64,000 bases of DNA from the NCBI GenBank assembly GCA_030265395.1, contig JARFYF010000054.1, positions 18,697,729-18,761,728 of the forward strand. The letters are read 5' to 3'. The translations under genes were made by a program, and so were the position numbers. This document shows positions 38,050 to 51,640 of this stretch, in pieces; within the stretch, counting starts at the first letter, position 1, and every line of letters begins with the position of its first letter. This DNA comes from Rhina ancylostomus (taxonomy: Eukaryota). Below the pieces are notes generated by a model. That model was not told the origin of the DNA. It made no database searches and worked only from the letters and a program-made list of their open reading frames with translations.

Positions 38050-39535
38050 TATGAGCCAACTTTAAGCACCATAATTTTTTTTCCACCCTTGACTTTTTAG
38101 AGGAAGTCCCTTGTGTTTTCATGGAACCATCCCTTGTCCTACCAACTGCAGCACTAAACAGTGCATCAGCCTGCAGAGGGCCTTTTAGTACTTCTATAAG
38201 AAAATGGCCAGAGATAGATGACAGAAACCTAGCAGTGCAAAATGTGGCGACTGACACGAATAATGAGTGGAGGCCAAGGCATTAAATATATGTGGGAAAT
38301 TCACTCTCCCTTGAGACTCCGGTGGAGGAATTGTGGCAGGAATAATAAAAGAGAAAACATTCACAGGATTACAGGGGAATATACACAGGAGGTTAGGTGA
38401 CACCATTAGCTTAAAATTAAAACAAGGGTTTAAAATAACCTGCACTTTCTGAACCAAAATAAATTGTTCTAAATTTTGCAGAATAATGTTTGCAAGAGCT
38501 CCTAAGATAAAGATTCCAATTTTAGTATTTTGTAGTAAACTTGGCAGGCAGCGGAGCGGGGGAATCACAACATCTACTCAAGTTTGTTGTCTAAGGGAGG
38601 GAAGCATTTTGATGGTTAAGCATTATCAGCAAGTTGCCCATACTGTTAAAGGACTGACAGCCAACTTGCTTAATTTGAGTGGTATGATGTGGGGTGGAAA
38701 TCCAGAGAAATGAACAGGCATACACCTGTGAAAGTACCTCAGGAGGGAAGGGCTTGATGGACTACAGGTACCAGCCCATAATAGTGAGCATAATTCAAAA
38801 ACATAAAGACATTGCAAAGCAACATTGGAGGATAATTTAGGTAATCCTGATGATTCAAATTCAAAGTAATGATGTTCCCACACCAATTTCCAGGAATTCT
38901 TTTACCACATTGAACCTGCCCATATTGGACAAAGACAACGGTATCACTTGTGAAGCACTTGACTGCAGATGAAGGTTATGGGATCTCAAAGCTACCACAG
39001 GATCCCGATTTGTCTGAAGTACAANNNNNNNNNNNNNNNNNNNNNNNNNNNNNNNNNNNNNNNNNNNNNNNNNNNNNNNNNNNNNNNNNNNNNNNNNNNN
39101 NNNNNNNNNNNNNNNNNNNNNNNNAAGTACAAATCACTCCTGTATAAGACCAGTGTTGCCAATAATTAAAGAACAGAACATCAAAAACTACAAGCTACTG
39201 GTCCATCTTGTCTGGTTTTAGACAGTTGCTGCAAGGTATTATTGGAGAAATTGTGTGTGAACACTGAGGCAGAGAATGGGGTTACTGGATCCACTCAAAA
39301 AGAAAATGGCTTCTACAAAACCTCTTGCCAAAAGGTTTGAGGAAGTTGCTAACTGATGGATGCAGACAGCTCAGTTAATCCCAATACCTGATTTTTTGTT
39401 TCCATTGTATAGTTGTTGGTTGCAAGCGTGCCAGTTACTAATGGAGGTCTACAAAGGCCAGAATTACTACTGTTGATTCTATTGATTATCCACATTGATA
39501 AATATCAGTGCAAATATTAGAAAACTTCATTGCAA
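38050..39535 (+). mobile_element. Very old CR1-like ORF2 remnant (endonuclease to RT)
   Basis: Faint colinear motifs at 39185-39535 (NY..., FEEV, YL.F, V.NG..Q, K.FI) in CR1 RT order; upstream part is weaker. Confidence 0.35.
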
Positions 39536-39899
39536 AAGAAAGTAGATTGTAGGTATGGAGAAAGGGAGCCATCTCTGGCAGATATTTATTATAGTTTAAT
39601 GTAGAGGAGAGCACATAGGTAGGGGTGGGTGGGCTATCTGTATGCAAGCATATGTACACCAGGCGGGCCATATTGCACATACAATACAGGTCAGCCTAAA
39701 ATATTTCATGATTAGTGTAAATACAACATCAGTCTGAAATAGCCTATAGCTAAGAAATGTTATAAAGCACATTTGCTTTGTACAAGGCCTTGCTAGACAT
39801 CAGCTCTTCCCTATCAGTCAAGATGCTGAATGGCCCCAATATATTTGGGTCAAATATTACAATTACAGTTTTCATTATCGATCATCACACATGATAGGT

Positions 39900-40180
39900 G
39901 AGAAAAAAAGCTGAGAAAAGATTCGGAGCAGGATGAATAGATTTGATACTTAAATCCTTAAGTATCACAATGAGATTAATGAAAGCATTTCACTTTAAAG
40001 GAAGGCTGAAGACATTACATGAAAATCTGGAACTTGTTCTTCCAAAAGCAGTGGATGCCAGGTCAATAGAATTTGGCAGGAATGATAGATTTTTTGAGAG
40101 CTTGTCAAGGGTTATGGAGCAAAGATGGGTTAACAGAACTGAGATAAAGATCAGCCATTATCTAACAGAATAGCAAAATA
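39900..40180 (+). mobile_element. CR1 3' end, old
   Basis: aaatctggaact...ccaaaagcagtggatgccaggtcaat...gtcaagggttatgg...agatcagccattatct. Confidence 0.7.
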
Positions 40181-40184
40181 ACCC

Positions 40185-40295
40185 TGTAAGTGGAAACCTT
40201 CCCTCTGCATCCACTCTATCAAAACCTTCATATGTTTAAACGCCTCTATAAAGTCACCATCAGCCTTCACTCCTCAAAAGAGACTCAATAAGCAC
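40185..40295 (-). mobile_element. CR1 ORF2 fragment
   Basis: catccactctatcaaaaccttc...cgcctctataaagtcaccatcagccttc. Confidence 0.65.
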
Positions 40296-41292
40296 CACTG
40301 GCAGAAGCATGGGATAAAGTAATATCCCATGCCAAAAATCAATGATTCCAAATAACGTGTTCCTCTTACACCATGTAACTTGCAAAATCCTCCTGAAATT
40401 CTTTTAATCTTTTGACAAACTCCTGTAAAAGTTGTCTATATTCTTATTTTATGAACTCCCCTCATGAATTTAAAATCACTACAGAAACATCCTCTTAATC
40501 TTTTTCCTAAGAAATCAAATTGAGTAAGAGTACAGAAAGCCTTCATAACTAAGAACCAACCACGTCACTCTTCTGCAGCCTCAAATGCCTCAGTGTTCTT
40601 TTAGAAATCTTCACCTGGCCTTTGCTTTAACAGTATGCCATGTCTAATGAAACAATGGAACACATCAAAGTTGCACAAAATCCAATTAAATGACTTTGAG
40701 TTATTGCAGTGTCAAGTTAAACTTGTTAATACATGCAAAAAGCATCAATCTTTTGAGAACAGCAGGATCACTTTTGGACTAATGTACTTTTTAATAAAAA
40801 AGTCCACAAATATCACTCACAATACAGAAAGCATTTTAAATTTTTCATTTTGCTTTGGAATATTAAATGCTGGATATCCCAAATTATTTTAATTAAATGG
40901 TATTTTTCAATTTAAGTTGAGTAATTCACACAAATCATCTTTTCATTATATTTGCCAAATATTTTTGCCAAATTCTAGTTTCTTATCATTGTTTTTTGAT
41001 AGTCTTGGGTACAGAAATACCCCATATACACAGTTCACCAACTTAGCTACAATACATCAGAAGGACTATTGAAACGTATGGTGACTATAGCTAGATAGCA
41101 AGCAGATTTGTCACCATTATACAAGTCTCCAGTTGAGCCATATCTGAATATAATGGTAAAAGTATTGTGCACATTCCACAATACTAGGGTCTGAAGGGGT
41201 ATGTTGTTATGTAGAGAGACCACATTAGCTAAGTTTTTAAGAAGACAAAAGGGCAAGTTCTTCAAAGGAAGAACCTTTTTCAACTGGTTGTG

Positions 41293-41752
41293 TCATAGGG
41301 TCAGAATGTCAGTTATACAGCACAGAAATGGACCCTTCGGTCCATCACGTCCACCCCAATCTTTCTGCTCATTTACACTAATCCCATTTGCCGGTATTAG
41401 GTCCATATCATTCTATCCCTCCCCTATTTAAGTGTCTGCCTAAAACGTCTCTTAAGCATAGTGATTGTATCTAACTCCACCACCTCCTCTGGCAGCAAGT
41501 CCCACATATCAACCACTGTAAAAACAAACTTTCTCCTCAAATCCCCTTTAATACTCCTTCCCTTCACCTTACACCTATGCCCTCTTATTTTCAATACTCT
41601 CACCAAAGGAAAAAGATTCTGACCATTTACCCTATCTATGCCTCTTATAATTTGATACACCTCCATCAGGTCACCCCTCAGCTTCCTTTGCTCTGGTGAA
41701 AGCAAACCCAGCTGATTCAATGTCTCTTCATAAGGAAAGTCCTCCAATCCAG
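41293..41752 (-). mobile_element. 5'-truncated CR1
   Basis: ORF 41424-41747 YEETLNQLGLLSPEQRKLRGDLMEVYQIIRGIDRV; tail tacagcacagaaatggacccttcggtcca. Confidence 0.92.
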
Positions 41753-41787
41753 GTGTATCAAATTATAAGAGGCATCGATAGGGCAGA

Positions 41788-42084
41788 GGGCAGGCACAGT
41801 AGTGTAGCGGTTAGCGTAACTCTATTACAGTGCCAGCGACCCAGGTTCAATTCCAGCCGCTGTCTTTAAGGAGTTTGTACATTCTCCCAGTGTCTGCGTG
41901 GGCTTCCTCCAGCTGCTCCAGTTTCGTCCCACAACCCAAAAGATGTACGGGTTAGGAATTTGTGGGCATGCTATGATGGCGCCGGAAGGGTGGCGACACT
42001 TGTGGGCTGCCCCCAGAACACACTACACAAAAGATGCATTTCACTTTGTGTTTTTATGTACATGCAACTAATAAAGATCTTATC
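41788..42084 (+). mobile_element. Full-length Rex-tailed V-SINE
   Basis: A-box-like tagtgtagcgg, B-box ggttcaattcc, V-domain, tail gatgcatttcactttgtgtttttatgtacatgcaactaataaag. Confidence 0.92.
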
Positions 42085-43201
42085 ATAATGGTTTTAAATC
42101 TGCTATCAACAGACAAAGATAAAACAAAAAAGTACAGATCAACTATAATCTCGTTTAACAGACTCCAGGGGCTGAATGCCTACTCCTGTTCCACGTTCTA
42201 ATGATTATTAGGCACAACAGACCATTGTGTTCAACATAAACACAAAGAAATGAATCAGATTGAAGAATTTCCCCACTGGAATATATAAATTGATCTTATT
42301 TTAAATTAAGGTAGCAGCAGTGTGAGAGATATTAATGGCGACCCTGACTTCTCTCCACAGACCTTTAACTAACTCTGTCAATCAAACAAAATGATTAACT
42401 GGTGCTTAGTGATCTCAAAGCTGATTCCAGGGAGGTGTAGAATAAAATCAAAGGCCATTTATCCAAGCACAATTTATGTTACTAATCAACAAAACATGCT
42501 GGGCTTCTAAGACACACCACTAAATTGCGTGCACCAACTGCTGCACTAAAATAATTCTTAAATACTAGCCTGATGTCCAAGGTATTCATGGGGGCACTTG
42601 CTATATTACAACAGGAAAAAATTACCATTCGAAAAGACATTTGACATGTTTGGGTGCCAGATACGAACAGTTATCAGCCTCACTGACTAACTGCTATGCT
42701 GCAAAACAAATTTATCAGGACAATTGGAAGACAAAGTATTCCCTCTCAATTCCTCCTCTATTCACTTTCTGGTATGCTGTCAAAAAATATTTTTAAATAC
42801 AAGAAACACCATCAGAATTGTTAACTATCTGCATGCTGGCCTGTATTAGAGTGTAGAGTATTGAAATGGGAGGTGGTTCTAATCCCTCGACTGCCTCCCT
42901 TATATAGCACTCACCATCACCCCCATCAACACCTTCTGCCTCTTCACTGTACAATCCTCCTTATTACCACTTCTTAGCCCAAGCTTTTGCTCACTCCTGG
43001 TCACTCTCCGCTATCACCATATCCACATTAGCATCATTAAGTCTTTTTTTAATATCAGCTTGGGGTTAACACATTAAATCTGTTCTAAGCTGCATGTGTG
43101 AACTTTGTTAATATCACATACAAAATTGTATTTGAGCTCAGTATTCTTTCGTTACTTCACTGCCTTTCCAAACTACTTTGGTTGAACTTCTGGCATGGAT
43201 T

Positions 43202-43330
43202 GGGTTCCTCCCACATTCCAAAGATATACAATTAGGTTATCAAGGGTTTAAAATGGGTGGTGCCGACTCATTGGGCCAGAAGGGCCTGTTACCACGCTGT
43301 AAAAAGTAAAATTTTTAAAATTTAAATAAA
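43202..43330 (+). mobile_element. Short V-SINE fragment with CR1-type tail
   Basis: gggttcctcccacattccaaaga...ttgggccagaagggcctgttaccacgctgta. Confidence 0.75.
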
Positions 43331-43479
43331 AATTCAGACTTTCTCAAATATTCAGAACATACAAACTCTCACTGCACTGTAAAAACAATAACCAATTTTC
43401 CAACAGAAGATCAGACAAGTAGTTAATTGGATCTCCTGACCACACTTGGCTTTGGTGGCATTGGTTGAAGTGGGAATAT

Positions 43480-43625
43480 GTAACACAGTGGGATGGGATC
43501 TTCTAAACAGTTGTGTCACATGATCTTTCAGTTTGCACCTGAACAGACAGACTAGGTCTCAGTTCAATGATCTGCACAGTACCACCTCTGGAAACAAAAC
43601 TCTACCTCACAATGGCACTTAAGCC
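43480..43625 (-). mobile_element. Deu-SINE fragment
   Basis: gatctttcagtttgcacctgaacagacagactaggtctcagttcaatg...accacctctg. Confidence 0.6.
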
Positions 43626-43632
43626 ATTAAGA

Positions 43633-45683
43633 GTGTGTGCCACAAAACATTCCAAGTCTTTCCCAACCAGGTGCCCTGGATGAAACAGGAGCTTCATAAT
43701 CTACAGAAGGCTTCATTTGTGGTGTTTAGGACAGGCAATCCAAGGTCATACAGGTGGTCCAGGTATAACACCCGCAAAGGCTCTGTGAATGCTCTGGGCC
43801 AATTCCAGACCAAAGTGGAGTATAGACTAAACTGGAGTCACAGACACTTGACAGTTGTGGCAGAGCTTGTCACAGAGTCATACAGCATGAAAATGTGCGC
43901 TACTGATTTGTGCTATCACTTTGTACAAAGCGAAAACATGCAGTATAAGCAGTAACAATGCACCATTTCTGGCTGAGCTCAATGCTTTTTGTGCACACTT
44001 TGAAAGAGGGAATAACGACAACCCCCACAGCTCCTGACAATCCTATCATCTCATTCGCAGAGGCTGATGTCAGAGCTTCCTTCAGGAGGGCAAACCCACA
44101 TAAAGCATCCAACCCAGAAAGCATACCTGGCTGAGTGCTGAAGACCTGTATGGACCAACTGGCTGGTGTATTCAAGGACATCTTCAACCTCAAATTCTCA
44201 CCTGTTTCAAAAAGGCATCTATAAAACCAATGTCCAAGAAGGGTGTGGTGACTTGCCTCAATGACTATCGTCCAGTACCACTTACATCAACTGTAATGAA
44301 GTGTTTTGAGAGGTTAGTTATGACACAAATCAACTCCTGCCTCAAAGTTGACCTGGAGTCCCTCCAATTTTCCTATCATGACAACAGGTCAACAGCAGAT
44401 GCTATTTCACTGGCTCGCCACTCAGTTCTGGACCATCTGGACAACAGTAATGCATATATCAGGCTGCTGGTCATCAACCCTAGCTCGGTGTTTAACAGCA
44501 TTATGCCCTGCAACCTTACCACCAAGCTCCAAGACCTGGGCCTCTGTACCTCCCCTTGCAACTGGATCCTTGACATCCTCATTCAGCAGACCTCAATTGG
44601 TATGGATCAGCAACAACAGTTCCTCCTCACTGATCATTAACACATGTGCACTTCAAGGCTGTGCACTTAACCCCCCTGCTCTATTCTCTTTACACCCACG
44701 ACTGTGTGGCTGAGCACAGCTCCAATGCCATACACAAGTTTGCTGATGACACCACTGTTGTTGGCTGAATCGTGGATGGTGATGAGTCAGTGTACAGGAG
44801 TGAAATAGAACACCTGGTTGAGTGGTGCCACAATAACAACTTCATGCTCAACGTCAACAAAACTAAGGAGCTAGTCATGGACTTCAGAAAGGGGAAGTCA
44901 GGAGGCTGTGTGCCAGTTCTCACAGGTGGGTCAGAGGTGGAGAGAAGTAAGCAGCTTCAAATTCCTGGGTGTTGACATCTCTTGGATGACCTGTCCTGGC
45001 CCCGCACATAAATGCGATCATAAAGGCAGTGCACCAGCACCTTAACTTTCTTAGAAGCTTTATAAGATTTGGCACGTCACCAAACACTCCAACAAACTTC
45101 TACAGATGCACTTTTTAAAGTATCCTGACGGTTGCATCATGGCCTGGTACAGCAAATCCAATGCACAGAATGCAAGAGGTTACAGAGAGTAATGAACACA
45201 GCCCAATCCATCATGGACACAGCCCTCCCCACCATTGACAGCATCTACAGGAGGTGCTGCCTCAAGAAGACAGTATCTATCATCAAGGATCCCCGCCATC
45301 TCGGTCATACCCTCTTCTCACTGCTACCACGGGGCAAGTGGGAGCTTGAAGTCCCACACCACCAAGTTCAGGAACAGTTATTTTCATACAACTATCAGGT
45401 TCTTGAACCAACCTGCACAACCCTAGTCCTACCTCGGCAACAGAACACTGTGACCATCTCTTGTACTACCATGGACTTGTCTTGGATTGTGGGGTTTTTT
45501 CGCACGTCTTGTTTTGCAGCCTTTTTTTCACTGTCTTGTATACTTTATGTATAATTCATGTACAACTTACATTCTCTGTGTTGTCTGAATCTACGCGCCT
45601 GTGATGCTGCTGCAAGCAAGTTTTTCATTGTACCTGTACATCACTGTACTTGTGCACATGACAATAAACTCAACTTGAGTTGA
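43633..45683 (+). mobile_element. Rex1/Babar LINE, 5'-truncated, decayed RT
   Basis: VFPNQ.PWM, CLNDYRPVPLTSTVMKCFERLV, LQFSY..NRSTADAIS, KFADDTTVVG, TTKFRNSYFHTTIRFLN; tail tgacaataaactcaacttgagttga. Confidence 0.95.
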
Positions 45684-46189
45684 TCTCACATTCTTAAGGC
45701 TCAGAATGCATCAGCTTGTATTCCAGCTCATTTTAACTACTGAATATAAATTGTTATTAGCCTGTACCAAGGATCAGTTCCAAGCACATCTGTTGTTGTC
45801 TGCACCTATCTGTACCTCCATTTAATTTGTGTTCCATTGCAATACACTTGATGAGCCATCTGTTCCCACAGCCATTCACTTTCTGTTCCATTTTTATTGC
45901 GCAATCTCAGTTGTTTATTCGAGTCTTTCATACAATATTTATCATAGAGTGACTGCAGTTAGCACTCTTTAGTTATGTTTAAACAATAGCAGGCATTATT
46001 CTGATCTGCTGGAATTAAGGCATTACTGCAGTAAATGCTTTTACTTACTGTGCCCTAGAGGAAATGCTGAAAGTTTCAAGCCACAGGCACAGGGAGCAGG
46101 AGGTAATGCACGTCATCCCAACACAACTCAATTCAGTACTCCAGTAAATAGAAACTAATCCCTTCAAGCCCCTCAGAGATGCTCACCAT

Positions 46190-46648
46190 GACTCAGAGTT
46201 TAACAGAAACACTGAGCACATGAACTTGGCTTAGTTTCAGTATAGTGTTATGGGATTGTTACACTACCATTGTTGAGGGAGTGTTACACTACCAGGGTTG
46301 AGGGAGTGTTACACTGCCTGTGTTGAGAGAGTGCCACTCTGCCACAGATGCTGCATTATAGATATAATGTCAAGACCCAGTCTGTTCCCTGAGCTGTAGA
46401 TGAATGATGCCAAGGCACTGCTTCAAAGAAGTGCAGAGGAGATCTCCCCATGGGTTGTGGCTAGCACTTACTCCTCAGCCAATGCTTAAAAAAAATTATC
46501 TGATCATTATTACAAGGTAGCTTTGGTGCATGCAATTTGGTTGGTATGTTACTTATATTCCAAGACTAGCTAAGCTTCAGGTACTTCATTAACCATAAGG
46601 TGCTCTGGGATGTTGTGAGAAGTGGTAATATAAATGCATCTTTGTTTC
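46190..46648 (+). mobile_element. Deu-domain SINE with an internal 25-bp minisatellite
   Basis: actgagcaca...gagggagtg...gcactgcttcaaagaagtgcagagga...ttatctgatcattat...tctgggatgtt...tataaatgcatcttt. Confidence 0.78.
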
Positions 46649-46819
46649 ATTGCGTGAAAATTAAATAAGCAGCCCTGGTTTACCAGAATTATNNNNNNNN
46701 NNNNNNNNNNNNNNNNNNNNNNNNNNNNNNNNNNNNNNNNNNNNNNNNNNNNNNNNNNNNNNNNNNNNNNNNNNNNNNNNNNNNNNNNNNNNTGTCTCAT
46801 CAGTGCTTCCCACCCCCAC

Positions 46820-46967
46820 CCCTTCACTGTCTTGTGCAATTTATATTTTGTGTTGTCTGTACTTGTGTGCCCGTAATGCTGCTGCTGCTGCTGCAAGTTT
46901 TTCATTATATCTGTACCTCACCGTACTTATGCACGTGACAATAAACTCAACATGACATGACTTGACT
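46820..46967 (+). mobile_element. Rex1/Babar 3' UTR fragment
   Basis: Matches 45525-45683 (tgctgctgcaag...tttttcatt...gtgacaataaactcaac). Confidence 0.85.
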
Positions 46968-47569
46968 AAGCATTAGACCAGAGAAATAACTTGCTGATCA
47001 TTTTGTTGTCCAAGTAACTGAAAGAGCTGCCTCCCAATGCCATTTCACTTTCACGCAACTGAAGTATTCATATTTAGACACACATCTATCCAAATTCTTG
47101 CATGTCCCAAGCCATCCTCCATGATTTCCTTCTCCACTTCTATCCTCGTCAGAGTCATCAGTCACTGAATATTGTTCATCGACATTCTAGCTTCCTTCAA
47201 CCTTGGTGAGTCAGCACAGGCCCCGAAAGCTTCCTTCATAACAGCTGTCATCGAATAGTTTGCGTCAGCAGATTGGCCTGAAGTACATTGCTCAGCTTGA
47301 GTTCACCAAGTTTAAAAGAAGAGTTGGAAACAATTTGTTTAAGATCTTCAAACTTTTGAGGACAAATCATTTTACATTTGGAAATAGCAGACATGGACTT
47401 ATCTGCAAACTTAATCACAATGGAGATTCCACATGCTTTCAAACAATGGAGAAATTGAGTCAGTCATATCCCATGATTTCTTTATTTTGAACTGTTGTCC
47501 TATTGCCCTTGGGTTTTTTTTTTGCCTACTGCTGCTAATATTTCCAGAGCCCAAATTATAAATTGGAGT

Positions 47570-47726
47570 CCAAATTTAAGAGCTATTTAGACAAACACAT
47601 GAACAGACAGGGAATTGAGGAATATAAACCACATGAAGGCAGATGTACAGTTCACATTGGCATCATGGTCAGCACACACATCGTGGGCCAAAAGTCTGTT
47701 CCTATGCTGTACTGTTCTTTCTTCTA
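47570..47726 (+). mobile_element. CR1 3' tail
   Basis: tttaagagctatttagacaaacacatgaacag...gtgggccaaaagtctgttcctatgctgtactgttct. Confidence 0.85.
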
Positions 47727-48102
47727 GAAGCTCCTAACTTCTACGTCAACTCTTAGAAATGTTAACACATCAGATTCTTGGACGCCAACCAAAGACTAAA
47801 GATATTATCATTTAGGATTTAAAATATGACATCTACCTATTCATGTGCTTGGCACAATCAACAGCTGGATATTATAACACACTGATATAAAAATAAAATG
47901 CCTGATGCCAATACTGAGCCTGCCAATATGCTGGAGGTGAGATGCTCAGAAATATTCAGCAAACATCTCAAGTCAACTGACTCAAAAATCAGAATCCATT
48001 GAAAAGTGTGGGGGAACCAAAGCCTTGTGACCAAAACTACAAAGTCCTATCCCAATAAAAGGGCCCAGTTCTCTGGGAAAAAAAAACAATGAAATAGAAA
48101 AG

Positions 48103-49357
48103 GAAAGGTGCCTTAACGACTAACGCCAGGTGGCTCTGACATCCACCATCATGAAGTGCTTTGAGAGTCTGGTCATGCCACACATTAACTCCAGCCTCCC
48201 AGGCAAACTGGACCCACTGCAATTCTCCTACAGCTGAAACTGGTCCGTGGCAACACCATCTCCCTGGCACTACATTCATCTCTGGTGCATCTGGATAGTA
48301 AAGACACCTACGTCAGACCACTATTTATTCACTACAGCTCCACCTTCAATACCATTATTCCAAGCAAGGTCATCTCCAGACTCTGACACCCGGAACGCAA
48401 CACCTCCCTCTGTAACTGGATCCTTGACTTCCTGACCAACAGACTGCAATGAGGATAGGAAGCAACATCTCTGCCACAAATATCCTCAACACTGGTGCCC
48501 CTAAAGGCTGCGTCCTTAAACCCCTACTTTACTCCCTATACATTTATGACTATGTGGCCAAATTCTGCTCTAACTCCATCTACAAGTTTACAGATGACAC
48601 CACCGTAGTGGGTTAAATCTCAAGTAACAATGAGTCGGAGTGCAGGAAGAAGATAGAGAGCTTAGTGGCATATCGTCTTGACAACAACCATTCCCTCAAT
48701 GACAGCAAAACAAAAGAGCTGGTCATTGATTTCAGTTGGAGGGGGGTGGTGGTGGGGTTTGCAGTGCACATGTTCCTCTTTATGCCAATGGTGTTGAGGT
48801 CAAGATAGATGAGAGCTTCAAGCTCCTAGGAATGATCACCAATAGCCTGGCCTGGTCCTACCACATAGACACCAGGCCAAGAAAGCTCACCAGCACCTCT
48901 ATTTCCTCAGGAGGCTAAAGAAATTTGGCATGTCCCCTTTGACCCTCACCAATTTTTATAGGAGGTACAACAGAAAGCATCCTACTTGGATGCATCAGGG
49001 CTTGGTACAGCAACTTCTCCGTCAGAGACCACAAGAAACTGCAGAGAGTTGTGGACACAGCTCAGCTCATCACGAAGACCAGCCTCCCCTCCATGGACTC
49101 TCTCTACATTTCTCACTGCCTCAGTAAAGCAGCCAACATAATCAAAGGCCTCTCCCAGCCCAGACATTCTCTTCTCCCCTCTCCCATCGGGCATAAGATA
49201 CAAAAGCCTGAAAGCATCTACTACCAGGCTTGAGTATAGCTTCTATCCTGCTGTTACAAGACTATTGAATGGACCTCTTGTATGGTAAGATGAACTCTTG
49301 ACCTCAATGCCATGGTCTTGCACCTTAGTGTCTGCCTGGACTCTCTCTGTAACTCTG
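48103..49357 (+). mobile_element. Second Rex1/Babar LINE (different subfamily), decayed RT
   Basis: [60 protein letters not shown]. Confidence 0.93.
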
Positions 49358-51289
49358 CCAATGAACGACAAAGAACAACACTGCTGCCTCTCCATTCATT
49401 TCCCTTCACCTATCCCCACTGACATCTGCGGAGCTAAATTTTAATACAAACAGAAGTGTAGGTCTCAAAAGCCACAAATCATAACTTATCTTCTCTTTAA
49501 AAAAATAGACAACTCTGCATAGTTGTGTGTTGTTCATTAAAAATACTTGAGGCAAATCCAGAATAGTAAATCATATCATTTTAGATTAAAGGCCCTTTAG
49601 ATTGCACTGGAAGAATGTTTTCTTTACTGGTTTGCAAGTTGAATACGCTACCATTTCAGAAATATCAATGGCTTTTCCACATCAAACATCCATTCAAAAA
49701 AGCCAAGTGCCTGGTGTATCACTGCAATATAAACCCAAACTCTGCCAGGCCCGTGGGCACTTGGAGCTTTAAAGTAGATTATGGGCCACCAAAAATGCAA
49801 CATTTATCTGGCCTTTTGATGCACAATATTCATCATCCCTCTATAAAATTAGACTATATGGATAGGCAAACAATTGTCATTCATCAGCAAGGTCTTTGAA
49901 GGCAGTTTAAAAGTCTTTTAATGGTCTGGTAACAGGAAAAAGCAAGCTCAATAGAAATAAAAGATCCTGCTGATTACTGAAGTCTCTGGTCCCAGGAGCA
50001 ATGACTAAAAATCATTCCCACCATTTAAAATTCGTCACAAATCAGTCACGTTTGAGCATTGAGTGCAGAATTCTCTCTCTGCCTCTATTACCAGGTTTGC
50101 AGCATTAGAATCCACAACAGTTTATTATCCAGAACCAAACTAAACAAAAAAAAATTAAAACCATTAGCCATTACTTTAGACTTTCCCCCATCATCAGCAA
50201 AAAACCAGAATCTAGCTTAAAAAGATCTAGGGAGCTCCAACCCACACTAGAAATCTAAGACTTTAAGAAGTGGAGGAGTGGAGAATTTAGTAGAGCTATT
50301 CCAGTTCTTTCAAAACAAGTATCACCAAGTTGCAAATGTTTTGTATCCTTGGAGAGATTGTATCCCTAAGGGCAATCTGTTTTGGTTAAGCGAACTTCTG
50401 TATTTCGCTACAAATTCTTATTCCCAATAAATTCCAGCATGCAGACAACATTAACATCCATAATATTGAAGCAGCAGGGAGGAAATAACCTTTCACACTA
50501 TGGTTAAAAATACTCATATGTTAATTGTTGCAGCTGCACAAGCACATTGCCACACTTCCCCGCCCGGCATGGTAGACCCATTTAAATAAGCCTTGCCCTC
50601 CAGTACATTACTGAACCAATATATCATGCAAACAATTTAATGCTGCAAAATTTGCATCAATGTGCTCAGTAAATACTTCCTGCCGTACATAGGGAAACCT
50701 GAAACTTTTCCAACCCAGACTTCTGCACAAAATAGGCCATGGGACAACGGCAAAAAAATGTTGGCTTAGTTATTACTTGCCACTACTTCATTCCACCATA
50801 ACACAGGTTAGGTCAGAAGGCAATTTTCTCCAACAGCATTATTTAAAATCAGCTGATGGACCTGCAGGGATAAGTATCAGGTCCTCATTTTCTAGTTCAT
50901 TGACACAACAGCACAAATGATTACAAGTATAATCCTTGTAACAGGCCCTGGAAAATCATTCAGCAAATATGTGGCAGCCAACTTATGCAGCAGGATCCCA
51001 CAAAACTTTCGACAAAGATCAGTGATGCTGGTCCAAAAGTATGACAATTCTGATCTTAATTTTTAAAAAAATGCAAAATAAATCATCTTGGAAAAGTGCA
51101 TTAGCCTAGAAATTGTTGTGCCCTAAAGATGTGTTTTCGAGTTGCTTCACAGTGCATCATTGGCAGTGTGTCTTGGGTTTGCTGGTGAAGCTTTTAGTAT
51201 CTGACATCCAATTTTCTTCCTGCATTTGCAGCATGCAGAGGAAAATTTGCCTGTTGGGACTTGGGATGGGGGAGGAGTTGGGTGTGGAG

Positions 51290-51640
51290 AGGATGGATTA
51301 GCTGGTGAAACATTAGCACCTTGGTTAGAGAAAATAAACAAAGAGCTTGGGATGGGGGTGGGAAACCATGAATGCAAGTGGCGAGACTGGCTAATGCGGA
51401 TCCTGACAATGAGATACTCAATCACGGGACTTCCAGGCAAGTTTCCTGCCTGGAGTTGTGTTGTCAAAAGTTGACCGTTCCAGGAGTGCCCAATAGCAGA
51501 TGTACCTCAGAAGACACATCCACTAATTTTCCCAGCAATGACATCCTTTGATGCACACCTGTTCCAGACACTACAAAAGATGTGCAATGCTGTTGAGGCC
51601 AGGAGTGACTGGTCAGCTTTCTGAAAACTGTCACAATTGC
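51290..51640 (+). mobile_element. Possible Tx1/L1 ORF2 C-terminal (zinc-knuckle) remnant
   Basis: Broken K.RD....., C...C....TV..ECP.A and FPS...LF pattern. Confidence 0.33.

Noticed and set aside
44230-44640. Intact reverse transcriptase gene
   Set aside because: Part of a 5'-truncated Rex1 with stops, frameshifts and a deletion
46246-46345. CRISPR-like array (also 19917-19994)
   Set aside because: Head-to-tail tandem units with no unique spacers and no cas genes, in vertebrate DNA
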